This document shows, in pieces, positions 41,307 to 50,041 of a stretch of DNA of 64,000 nt. The position numbers were made by a program, and so were the translations under genes. Source of the DNA: an uncultured Nitrospiraceae bacterium (GTDB lineage Bacteria; Nitrospirota; Thermodesulfovibrionia; Thermodesulfovibrionales; SM23-35). Where the stretch lies: the NCBI GenBank assembly GCA_963727775.1, contig CAVSHB010000001.1, positions 1,024,001-1,088,000 on the forward strand, in the 5' to 3' direction. Every line of letters begins with the position of its first letter. Positions within the stretch are counted from its first letter, which is position 1. The notes under the pieces are model-generated. The model did no database searches. It was not told the DNA's origin and saw nothing but the letters and a program-made list of their open reading frames with translations.

Positions 41307-43346
41307 TTAATTGTTTCGCTTATAAATATTCAGCAGCTTTTCGAGCAGTTGTTTCTTGTCATATAGTGGAGAAACTTCCGGCCTCTCTTTTTCAGGCAAT
41401 TCTCTCATTCCCCGTCCGGCCACATCTTTGAACTCCAATTTAGTTAGCACATTCGGTACGTCTACAAACCTGGACATCTTATTAAACTGCGTGATGCCGC
41501 CCCTGAGGCCTTCATGATGCAAGGTGAGAAAACATCTCTTCTTCGCCCTGGTAAGCGCCACATAAAACAACCTCTGCTCCTCTTCAATCTCATCTTCGCT
41601 GTCCAAAGCAAATGTTATCGGCAGTACTCCATCCATAAGACCCATGATTACGACTGTATCCCACTCCAGGCCCTTTGCCGAATGTATTGTCGAGAGCACA
41701 AGCGGTTTTTCCTCTTCCTTAGTCTCCGGCTCTATCCCCCAAACCCCTCTTTCGGGAGGCTCGATGGCAAAGGCTTCAAGGAGGTCTTCCAGCGAGTCGT
41801 ATCTCATCGTTATCTGCCTTAAAGCTTCAAGGTCGTTCTGTCTCATGTGCCAGTCATCATATCTTTCTTTCATGAGAGGGATATAATAATCAAGGATTAC
41901 CTCGTATGTTTCTCCTACATTTATTTGTTGTCCATAAACTGCTTTAACCGCTTTTTCGAGCTTGCCGAGTCCCTCTGAGTAAGGATGCCCCTTTGCATAC
42001 TTGGAGAACACTTTATCCAGGATCTCGTCAAAAGAGGAACATCTGGTGGCTTCATCGGTAATAGCCCCGGCTGTTTTAGGTCCGATCCTTTCTATCAGCA
42101 TTAAGACCCTGTTCCAAGCAAGTTCGTCTTTGGGGTTTATAAGCAATTTCAGATGGGAGAGGATATCCTTAACATGGGCTGTCTCATAGAATTTAAGACC
42201 GCCATAGGTCTCATAGGGTATATTCCTTTTGCCCAATTCGGACTGGAGTGGAATCGACAGATACGAGGACCTGAATAAGACACACTGGTGTCCCAATGAT
42301 ATGCCCTGGTCCAACTGCTGTTTAATTAAATCCGCGACCCACTCGGCTTCTTCATAAGCATCCTTAAAGAAAAGCAGCCGGCTCTTCTGTCCGGTATGCT
42401 TTTTAGCTGCGACGAGGCATTTGGAATATTTGTTTTTCATGTTTTCCATTACCGCATTGGCAACATCCAGGATGGATTGGGAACTTCGATAGTTTTGCTC
42501 AAGCGTGACAACTCTGCACTCCGGGAAACGTTTGGGGAATTCCATGATATTTTCATGCGACGCTCCCCTGAACCCGTAAATGCTCTGGGCGTCGTCTCCG
42601 ACAACCATGATGTTCCTGTGTTTATCCGCCAGAAGGTAAGCAATATCTCCCTGTATGATATTGGTGTCCTGATATTCGTCGACCATGACATATCTATACC
42701 TCTGAGAAAGCTTTTCCCTTATCTCTTCGTTTTCAAGCAGGATCCTTAAATAAACGAGCAGGTCATCGTAATCGAGGTAGTTCTTGTCTAACTTGTACGC
42801 AGCGTATTCTTCCCTCAGGTTGTCCATCTCGGATAGATACTCTACAAAGTGAGGGTACTCTCTCTTTATGACCTCTCCGATGGACTTATTCTTATTTATG
42901 GACATGCTGATGATGGCCCGCAGGGTATCTTTCTTGGGGAATCTCTTTTTCTTTTCATAAAATCCCAGTTTTGAAGCGCACCTATGTATTGCCTCTTCTG
43001 CATCGCTTTCATCCAGGACAACAAACCCGTCAGGGAAACCAAGGGATTTTGAATATATCTTCAGCATTTTATAGGCGAAGGAATGGAAGGTCCCGCCTTC
43101 TACATTCTTGCATTGCGGGTCGTGCTTGGAGGCCCGAGAAAGCATTTCATGGGCTGCTTTTCGGGTGAAGGTCAGAAGCAGGATGGAGTTGGGACTGACC
43201 TTATTCTGTATGAGATTCAATACCCGGTATTCGATGACCCTTGTCTTGCCTGAGCCTGCGCCGGCGATTACAAGAACAGGCCCATCCATTGCTGTCACAG
43301 CGGACAACTGAGCGGGATTCAATGTATTTTTTAAGTCATCACTCAT
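41307..43346 (-). CDS. UvrD/Rep/PcrA-family helicase
   Basis: AGAGSGKT, TFHS, VDEYQDTN, GDDAQSIYGFRGA, NYRS, TIHSAKGLEW, RLFYVALTRA. Confidence 0.95.
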   Translation of the reverse strand: MSDDLKNTLNPAQLSAVTAMDGPVLVIAGAGSGKTRVIEYRVLNLIQNKVSPNSILLLTFTRKAAHEMLSRASKHDPQCKNVEGGTFHSFAYKMLKIYSKSLGFPDGFVVLDESDAEEAIHRCASKLGFYEKKKRFPKKDTLRAIISMSINKNKSIGEVIKREYPHFVEYLSEMDNLREEYAAYKLDKNYLDYDDLLVYLRILLENEEIREKLSQRYRYVMVDEYQDTNIIQGDIAYLLADKHRNIMVVGDDAQSIYGFRGASHENIMEFPKRFPECRVVTLEQNYRSSQSILDVANAVMENMKNKYSKCLVAAKKHTGQKSRLLFFKDAYEEAEWVADLIKQQLDQGISLGHQCVLFRSSYLSIPLQSELGKRNIPYETYGGLKFYETAHVKDILSHLKLLINPKDELAWNRVLMLIERIGPKTAGAITDEATRCSSFDEILDKVFSKYAKGHPYSEGLGKLEKAVKAVYGQQINVGETYEVILDYYIPLMKERYDDWHMRQNDLEALRQITMRYDSLEDLLEAFAIEPPERGVWGIEPETKEEEKPLVLSTIHSAKGLEWDTVVIMGLMDGVLPITFALDSEDEIEEEQRLFYVALTRAKKRCFLTLHHEGLRGGITQFNKMSRFVDVPNVLTKLEFKDVAGRGMRELPEKERPEVSPLYDKKQLLEKLLNIYKRNN

Positions 43347-43395
43347 ATTTTTAATCTTAAAATAATCCTTTATATTTTTTCTTCATGACCCAACC

Positions 43396-44709
43396 TCATA
43401 CTCTCATGTTCAGCATGGGCAACCCCAGCCTCTGTCTTTTGTTTTCACCTTTGAATAGGGTTGTCGTCCTATTAGGTACATCGCCTCTTTCTCCCTCGTG
43501 TTGGGCCTGGAGTTTTGTAGGCAGGCTTGCCGCATGATGGACTGTGTATTTCCCGAATTTCGCTGAGAGTTCATCGACTGCATTGTAAATCTTGGCCATC
43601 TTATCGACTTTGGCAGTGTCATCAAAGAGGGTATACTGTAACCCTGTCTCCGGAACCAATCCGGCCAGTACAACCCCGGTCTGCCGATAAAAGCTATGAA
43701 TCTCATAGACACGTCCAAAGCCTTCTCTTAATGGACCAAAAAGCTCTGAAGGATAGGCAGTCGCACGGTTTAATTTCAGCTCAATGCCGGTGTCTTTGAA
43801 TTCCTTAGTTCTCAGAAAGACTATGAGTCTGTTTGCCGCAAGCCTATATCTTCTTGCCTTTATGCATGCATTCTCCAGGTTCTTGGACAGCTGAGCAAAG
43901 ACGAACGATTCATTATTTGAGGGAGGAGTAAAGGTCTTTGTCTTGCTTATGGATTGATAGCTATTCTTTGATTCGGTTGTAACAGGATAGACAGACCTTC
44001 CGTTCAACTCATGCCAGATCTCCTTATAAGGTTTGGAGAGTTGGTTCTTTATGAAATATTCATCCTTCTTTGCAAACTGAAGTGCTGTGATAATCCCGAA
44101 CTTTCTCAGGAATGCCGCAGTGTTCGGCCCGATGCCCCATACTTTTTCCACCGGCAGGTTTTTCAGGTAAATATGGATGTCCCTTCCCGGTATGATGGTC
44201 AGCCCATGAGGTTTGTTGTGCTTTGAGCCTATTTTTGCAAGGACCTTGGAAATACTCAACCCGACTGATACGGTAAGCCCTAATTCTGTCTCAACAGTCT
44301 CCTGCATCTTTTCAGCGATCATTCCGTAAGGACCATGGTAATTTCTTCTCAGGCCGGTGAGGTCAACAAATGCCTCATCAATCGAGTATTCTTCCACATC
44401 AGGCGAGAAACGCCTGAGTATTTCAAACATCCTTAGAGAAAAAAGACTATAGGTCTCATAATCCGATGGAAGGATGACGGCATCAGGGCAGACCTGTTTT
44501 ACTTCAAAGAGTCTCATGCCTCTTTTTACTCCTCTGGCCTTTGCCTGATAACTGGCAGCTGCGACGATCCCGCGTTCCTTGCCCGTGATGACAGGTTTCC
44601 CTTTAAGCTCTGGGTGAATGGCCTGTTCACAGGATGCAAAAAAGGCGTCGGCATCTATATGTAGGATTGCCCTTGGCCAGGAACGAATGGTTAATGGTTG
44701 ATTGTCCAT
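43396..44709 (-). CDS. dinB: Y-family DNA polymerase (Pol IV/UmuC-like)
   Basis: HIDADAFFAS, YSIDEAF, LAKIGS..KPHG, VWGIG. Confidence 0.92.
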   Translation of the reverse strand: MDNQPLTIRSWPRAILHIDADAFFASCEQAIHPELKGKPVITGKERGIVAAASYQAKARGVKRGMRLFEVKQVCPDAVILPSDYETYSLFSLRMFEILRRFSPDVEEYSIDEAFVDLTGLRRNYHGPYGMIAEKMQETVETELGLTVSVGLSISKVLAKIGSKHNKPHGLTIIPGRDIHIYLKNLPVEKVWGIGPNTAAFLRKFGIITALQFAKKDEYFIKNQLSKPYKEIWHELNGRSVYPVTTESKNSYQSISKTKTFTPPSNNESFVFAQLSKNLENACIKARRYRLAANRLIVFLRTKEFKDTGIELKLNRATAYPSELFGPLREGFGRVYEIHSFYRQTGVVLAGLVPETGLQYTLFDDTAKVDKMAKIYNAVDELSAKFGKYTVHHAASLPTKLQAQHEGERGDVPNRTTTLFKGENKRQRLGLPMLNMRV

Positions 44710-44729
44710 AATGCTTTATTAAAAGGATG

Positions 44730-45323
44730 TTACTTATATTTTCTTACTACTGCGGTTACCACGCCTGCGATCTTGAGCTCTTTTTTAGGTCTGATAGGCT
44801 GGTACTTGGGGTTAGCAGGCAATAGCGCCACATTTTCACCCCGTTTCCTTAGGTACTTCATAGTCCAGTCCCCATCAACTTCGGCAATTACGATATCCCC
44901 ATTCTTTGGGACCTGCCCCTTATCAACAAGCACCATGTCACCGGGCAATATGCCTGCGCCTGACATCGAATCCCCCGATACTTTAAGCAGGAAGGTTGCT
45001 TCACGGTTTTGAATGAGGAGATCGTCAAGGGACAGGTTGTCGGCAAGTTCCTCCTCGGCAGGGCTCGGGAACCCCGCTTCCACTGTGCCGAGCATTTTTA
45101 CCGGGGCTGCGATCGATCCCGGGATAAGCCTGCCTTTAGGGTCTCTTTGAAGCACTCTCATCTTCTCAAGCCGGTTGATGAGCTTATAAGCCGCATTCTT
45201 TGACCTGAATCCGGCAAGTTGAGCGATCTCTGAAAAGCTCGGCATTCTGCCTTTCTGGTAATAGAACCTGGCTATTGCCCGGATTCTGTTTTTCAGCTTA
45301 TCATCTTTGAGCTCATTCTCCAT
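44730..45323 (-). CDS. LexA-like repressor with an S24 autopeptidase domain
   Basis: wHTH PSFSEIA..GFRS; EAGFPSPA cleavage site; VSGDSM and TMKY catalytic residues; start reassigned to the ATG at 45323. Confidence 0.88.
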   Translation of the reverse strand: MENELKDDKLKNRIRAIARFYYQKGRMPSFSEIAQLAGFRSKNAAYKLINRLEKMRVLQRDPKGRLIPGSIAAPVKMLGTVEAGFPSPAEEELADNLSLDDLLIQNREATFLLKVSGDSMSGAGILPGDMVLVDKGQVPKNGDIVIAEVDGDWTMKYLRKRGENVALLPANPKYQPIRPKKELKIAGVVTAVVRKYK

Positions 45324-45329
45324 TTTTTC

Positions 45330-45359
45330 AGTATATAGTGTACGTTCGTTCACTGTCAA
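45330..45359 (-). promoter_or_regulatory. Sigma70 promoter with an SOS-box-like operator
   Basis: TTGACA, 18 bp, TATACT; palindrome AGTGAAC-N4-GTACACT (45337-45354) lies between the boxes. Confidence 0.72.
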
Positions 45360-45423
45360 GATGGGGTGAGATTTCTGAATGAACTATAAAGATCACAGCT
45401 TTATTTTATGATAGAGTAATCAT

Positions 45424-46086
45424 ATGTGCGGGCGTTTTGTAAGATGCAGCTCTATCGAGGAGATCGCTGACTATTTTGACATAGAGCAACCCTCGTTTGA
45501 GTTTGAGCCAAGCTACAACGTTGCGCCTACACAAGACATCGTTATCATCAATAACCGGGGGGTCAAGCAGTTGGTGAAATGTCATTGGGGCTTTGTTCCG
45601 CCCTGGTCCAAGGACCTTTCTGTAGGCTATAAGATGATTAATGCCCGATCAGAGACTGTGGCTGATAAGCCAAGCTTCAAGTCTGCTTTCAGAAAGCAGA
45701 GGTGTCTTGTGATTGCAAACGGTTTTTATGAATGGAAGAAGGATAAAAAGACAAAGGTTCCGGTCTATGTGAGCCTGAGGTCCGGCAAGCCTGTTGGTTT
45801 TGCCGGGTTATATAATGTTTGGATTTCTCCGGATGGCGAGAAGATATGCACCTGTACAATACTGACAACGGAAGCCAATGATATTTTATCTTCTATCCAT
45901 GACAGGATGCCGTTAATAATATCCCGGGATAAGGAAGACATTTGGCTAAACCCCGAGCTGGATGATGTTGAGCTTCTGAAAGGTTTTCTAAGGCCCTATC
46001 CATCAGAGGAGATGGTGGTAACCAAGGTCTCTGATAGGGTAAACTCTCCGAGGTATAACTCTCCTGATAATATAAGGCCAATATAG
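45424..46086 (+). CDS. SOS response-associated peptidase (SRAP/HMCES/YedK family)
   Basis: N-terminal MCGRF; YNVAPTQ; INARSET; GFYEW; IHDRMP. Confidence 0.95.
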   Translation: MCGRFVRCSSIEEIADYFDIEQPSFEFEPSYNVAPTQDIVIINNRGVKQLVKCHWGFVPPWSKDLSVGYKMINARSETVADKPSFKSAFRKQRCLVIANGFYEWKKDKKTKVPVYVSLRSGKPVGFAGLYNVWISPDGEKICTCTILTTEANDILSSIHDRMPLIISRDKEDIWLNPELDDVELLKGFLRPYPSEEMVVTKVSDRVNSPRYNSPDNIRPI

Positions 46087-46306
46087 GGATCATTACCTGG
46101 TCGAGATAGATTTCATCCAGTACCACGCATTTTTTCTTTTGATAAAAAAAGAAGAAGTAATAGGGGAATGAAATCTCGACTTCACCTACTACTAAACGGA
46201 ATTGGAGAAAATCCAAATGTGAAGATTTACAGGAGAAGTCTGCTCTAATGTCACTAACGAATTCAATGAGGCGCAGGGGCAATAAGGCTGAAATGAAAAC
46301 CAGAAG

Positions 46307-47164
46307 CTATACTACCGTTTCTCTTCTTCCAAATGTCATTTCTACAATGTGATATACAATAATTGGGAACAAAAAAAGAAATATGGCATACTCAAATTGG
46401 ATAGACCATGGGCTGACAAGTCTTCTCTGATATATATAAAATATTTCTGTGTAGGCAAGGATATTGAGAATAAAATGCAGCAAAACACATAGCGACAAGG
46501 ATTTTGTCTTGTAGAAGAAGTAACCTAAGAAGAGTCCTACTGCAAGGCGGTTCAAACTAAAGTCCCAATGCATCAATGTCCAAATCATTGCAGGAATCAA
46601 GATAGCTGTCAACTTATTGGTTCTCTCTCTCAATGAATTTATTGCAAAGTATCTAAAGACTATTTCTTCACTGGTGATCGCTATAGGAGACATGATCAAC
46701 AGCAGCAAAATTGAACTTAGCGGTGCACGAATAACAGAATTCAGAATAATCTGGTTCTCGCTACTCCCTAAAATCTGTATTGGCACTGTATGAACTGCTC
46801 TAAGCGTGCCCGCAGATATAAACAGGAAGAAAAGAAGTAGCATGAAGTAAAGAAATGACGTTTTCTTAATTTTAGGGAAGAATGCAAGGGAATGAATTAC
46901 AACGCGATATTGGACAGAACGCGACAAAATTAGAAAAGGAGCTATCGCCATCAAGAGTAGGAAAAAAAGGTAAAAGGATAAAGTATTTAGCTCAAAGGAT
47001 AATGCTTCATTACCAAAAAAGAATACAGCATAGATTACAAGCATGATGAATGTAATCTTGCTTAGGTCAGTCAACTTAAATCCAGTGCCACCAGGCGCAG
47101 GCAGAAGCCTATCGGCAATCAAGGTTAGAAGAACACCCGCTAAGATGAGAAGCAAACTCTGCAA
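46307..47164 (-). CDS. CPBP (CAAX/Abi) family intramembrane protease
   Basis: SEEIVFR, W.LMH, LH..LN motifs; multiple TM segments. Confidence 0.8.
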   Translation of the reverse strand: MQSLLLILAGVLLTLIADRLLPAPGGTGFKLTDLSKITFIMLVIYAVFFFGNEALSFELNTLSFYLFFLLLMAIAPFLILSRSVQYRVVIHSLAFFPKIKKTSFLYFMLLLFFLFISAGTLRAVHTVPIQILGSSENQIILNSVIRAPLSSILLLLIMSPIAITSEEIVFRYFAINSLRERTNKLTAILIPAMIWTLMHWDFSLNRLAVGLFLGYFFYKTKSLSLCVLLHFILNILAYTEIFYIYQRRLVSPWSIQFEYAIFLFLFPIIVYHIVEMTFGRRETVV

Positions 47165-47381
47165 GATATTTCTTCGCCTTACTCTTTCTTTAGCGTCATC
47201 AATCCCATCATCACCGTCAACCGCTTAAACAAAACTTATTCTCTTCAGCTAACCTACGCATAATCATATCGTCTCGAAAGTGACGTAATATTTACGAGAA
47301 AATTACCAGTTGTACTCGACACGATTATATCACAGCTGGTATGTGTGATGTTCAGGAAGAAAAAGTTAGGCTGGGAATCTT

Positions 47382-47768
47382 CTATTTTGTTCTATGTGCA
47401 TGTCTTTTCGCTTCCTCAACTAACCAATCCTTTGCTTCTTCAATATCATCAAATGCTAAAAGGTTTCTTCCGGAAAAATGCATAACACTATTGTAAATGA
47501 TCTTTTTTAATGCATCTAATCCAACTACAGCACCTGCTTTTACAAAGGGCTTGTTGCCTTTTACAAATTCCTTTAATGCCTGAGTTACTTCAAGGTTATA
47601 TTTTGCACCTGTCACATCAGACAAAGTAAGGACTGAGTTAGGAGGTTCCGCTCTTATAAGTTTTTCTGCTTCCTTAATTGTGATATGAAAGTCTTCAACA
47701 TTACAGCCCGAAAAATCTAAGAATAGAATTTGTCTTCCGTTGTGGTAGATGTATTTCACCCTTTTCAT
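47382..47768 (-). CDS. Hypothetical STAS/SEC14-like small protein
   Basis: ILFLDFS, LTLSDVT, AVVG, FDDIEEAKDWL. Confidence 0.6.
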   Translation of the reverse strand: MKRVKYIYHNGRQILFLDFSGCNVEDFHITIKEAEKLIRAEPPNSVLTLSDVTGAKYNLEVTQALKEFVKGNKPFVKAGAVVGLDALKKIIYNSVMHFSGRNLLAFDDIEEAKDWLVEEAKRHAHRTK

Positions 47769-47816
47769 TTACAGTTTTATTACTTTCTACGATCTAAAAA
47801 TGTCAGAAAATCGCCA

Positions 47817-48407
47817 TTACTTAAACCAATGCAATTCATAAACTATCTCCCAAAGATCGTCGGATGCTTTATCAGTGCCCTTCTTTTTCATATTCAAATT
47901 CCTTCCTCCTGCCATTTCCACCGCCTTTTTTGAATATCCGAGGCATGCCGGCTCCAGCCAATCAAGGAAAATTTCAGGAAGTGTAAACTTCAGTATTGCA
48001 TGACCACTTTCTGACACTGGAACTTCTACCTTTCCGGTATTAAAGAATCTGCTCCAGAGTTTCGGATAGTTCTTTATTACAAATGATGGGTTCGCAAAAC
48101 TAAAGAATATTTTATATAAGCTATTAAGGCTATGATCGGCTATGTATTCATAAATACTGGCAAGCTCGGATTCATGGTCCAGCTTTAATTCTGAAGATAG
48201 GATCGATGTGAGTTCCTTAAATGACGAAAAGGGATATTCGCCTATGGGCAAAAGAGAGCCACCCCAAATTTTGCGGCTATCGTTTGATAATGACTGTAAC
48301 ATCCCTTCCCATCTTTCATTCCCGTATTTGTTCACAATAAACTGTTTCGTATAAATGAAGTTTACACCTCTTGCCAATGCCTGTTCCATATCATATACCT
48401 CTTTCAT
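47817..48407 (-). CDS. Hypothetical H-NOX/V4R-like (DUF2378-like) protein
   Basis: RGVNF...YG..RW, EYP, LWSRFFNTG, G..K.A.EMAGG pattern; family call tentative. Confidence 0.5.
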   Translation of the reverse strand: MKEVYDMEQALARGVNFIYTKQFIVNKYGNERWEGMLQSLSNDSRKIWGGSLLPIGEYPFSSFKELTSILSSELKLDHESELASIYEYIADHSLNSLYKIFFSFANPSFVIKNYPKLWSRFFNTGKVEVPVSESGHAILKFTLPEIFLDWLEPACLGYSKKAVEMAGGRNLNMKKKGTDKASDDLWEIVYELHWFK

Positions 48408-48679
48408 ACTACCTTTGTCCTAATAAACGTATCGCCAATTTTATTTCATCATTAATGAAGTCGTCAATCCTACTTGAGTAGGAGATGATTATTATCGATT
48501 ACTATTTGTACTGTGCATTCTTTCTGGAGAGATTAGGAATGAGTGCTTCAGGAAGGAAGCTTGCGCATGGCTTAATATTATTTCGCATTGCGACTTTCGC
48601 CCCTAAAAAACAGGGTATTTTTGCGATGTGCAGCTACAAGAATCATATCTGTATAAGTGATCAGGAATGGCTTTGCCAC

Positions 48680-49372
48680 TCATTGTTCCTGTGTGATCTC
48701 TCCCAACAAGAAATTATATCTTATCATCGTAGCTTTGGTTTCGATCTTATTCCTTCTAAGACTAACATTGCTCAGAAAATCAGCGTAAATCGGAAAATGA
48801 TCTAAAACTACTTTTTGACTTATAATTGTCGTCAATACCGCTCTTTTGACCGCTGCCATAAAGACGTTGCCCAGCATCTCGATATTTGTTATCCTGTTTT
48901 GTTTTTCAGTAAAATGCACAAACAAATTGTCTGCGTGAAACCCTGTGAAACTATCAAGTTCAAGATCAACACCACCTTCGAAAGCTATCATATCTTTTTC
49001 TGTTCTTATTGTTCGGGCCGCCACTTTGTAAGGAAACTGCTGAAATACTGCACCAAGGATGTGATCAGTTTCCGCAACTGGCTGATTTAAATTGTTGTCG
49101 GAAGCAACTGACAACGTATGGCAACCGAGCACAGAGAAGAAAAAGACTGAGATTAAAACAGTCAGAAATGGCCAGTGAATTGTAGGTAATAGGCGAAGTC
49201 CATCGACTATTTGATTGCGCGGAGAAAATGTGACTAACAGCAAGAATCCAACTGCGACAACTACCGTCCAAAACCCTCTAACATCGAGCCAATAGGATGA
49301 GAAGAAAAAACAAGTGACAATTACAACTACCGCTGTCAGAAAGAGCTTTGGCACAACCCGTCTTATGCTCAT
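48680..49372 (-). CDS. Hypothetical membrane protein
   Basis: 230-aa ORF with three N-terminal hydrophobic segments. Confidence 0.55.
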   Translation of the reverse strand: MSIRRVVPKLFLTAVVVIVTCFFFSSYWLDVRGFWTVVVAVGFLLLVTFSPRNQIVDGLRLLPTIHWPFLTVLISVFFFSVLGCHTLSVASDNNLNQPVAETDHILGAVFQQFPYKVAARTIRTEKDMIAFEGGVDLELDSFTGFHADNLFVHFTEKQNRITNIEMLGNVFMAAVKRAVLTTIISQKVVLDHFPIYADFLSNVSLRRNKIETKATMIRYNFLLGEITQEQ

Positions 49373-49759
49373 GTTACACTGAGAATATTTTCATTAATAA
49401 TTTCCGCTTGTACTACACACAATTATATCAGGTTTCAAAAGTGTTAAGTACAGGAAGTATTCGAAGAAATATTTATAGACTTCCCGAATATCTTTTTGGA
49501 TTATAGTTCGGGATAAAATACGTATTCAAAAGAACCCAGTGAGCGTCGCATCCTTTCTTCATCTAATGCGCAAATCTGAGAATTTCTGTTTTGTGCGGAG
49601 TACGCTTGTAAATGTTGGAATTGAAGCGTCTTGAAGGTCCGGAATTATTAACAGAAAGACGCCATAATGATTTCTATTGATGGTATAGCCTCGCCCGCTT
49701 AATCAAGCAAATAATATTGTGGTATACTTTTGACATATGAAAGCGCTGCCGAATAATAC

Positions 49760-50041
49760 TTGTTATGTTACCAACGAATGAAAACATTCTTTGCGGCCGC
49801 TACCGAAAAAGGTACTGTGGCTGCGTCAGTCAAGGTTGCTTTGTTCGTCGGATCAATCCTTGCACTGATCAACTATGGCGACCACATCTTTCTGCATTAC
49901 GATATGCGCGTCCTTGACTGGATCAAGCTCGCCGTTACTTACTGTGTTCCGTATTGCGTGGCCACGTATGGCGCGGCCAGGTACGCTATGAGTCATGCCA
50001 ACGACAAGGGCGTCAAAACAAGTGGTAATTGTCAATCATGA
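49760..50041 (+). CDS. NrtS-like small membrane protein
   Basis: KVALFVGSILALINYGD; WIKL..TYCVPYCVATYG. Confidence 0.8.
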   Translation: MLCYQRMKTFFAAATEKGTVAASVKVALFVGSILALINYGDHIFLHYDMRVLDWIKLAVTYCVPYCVATYGAARYAMSHANDKGVKTSGNCQS

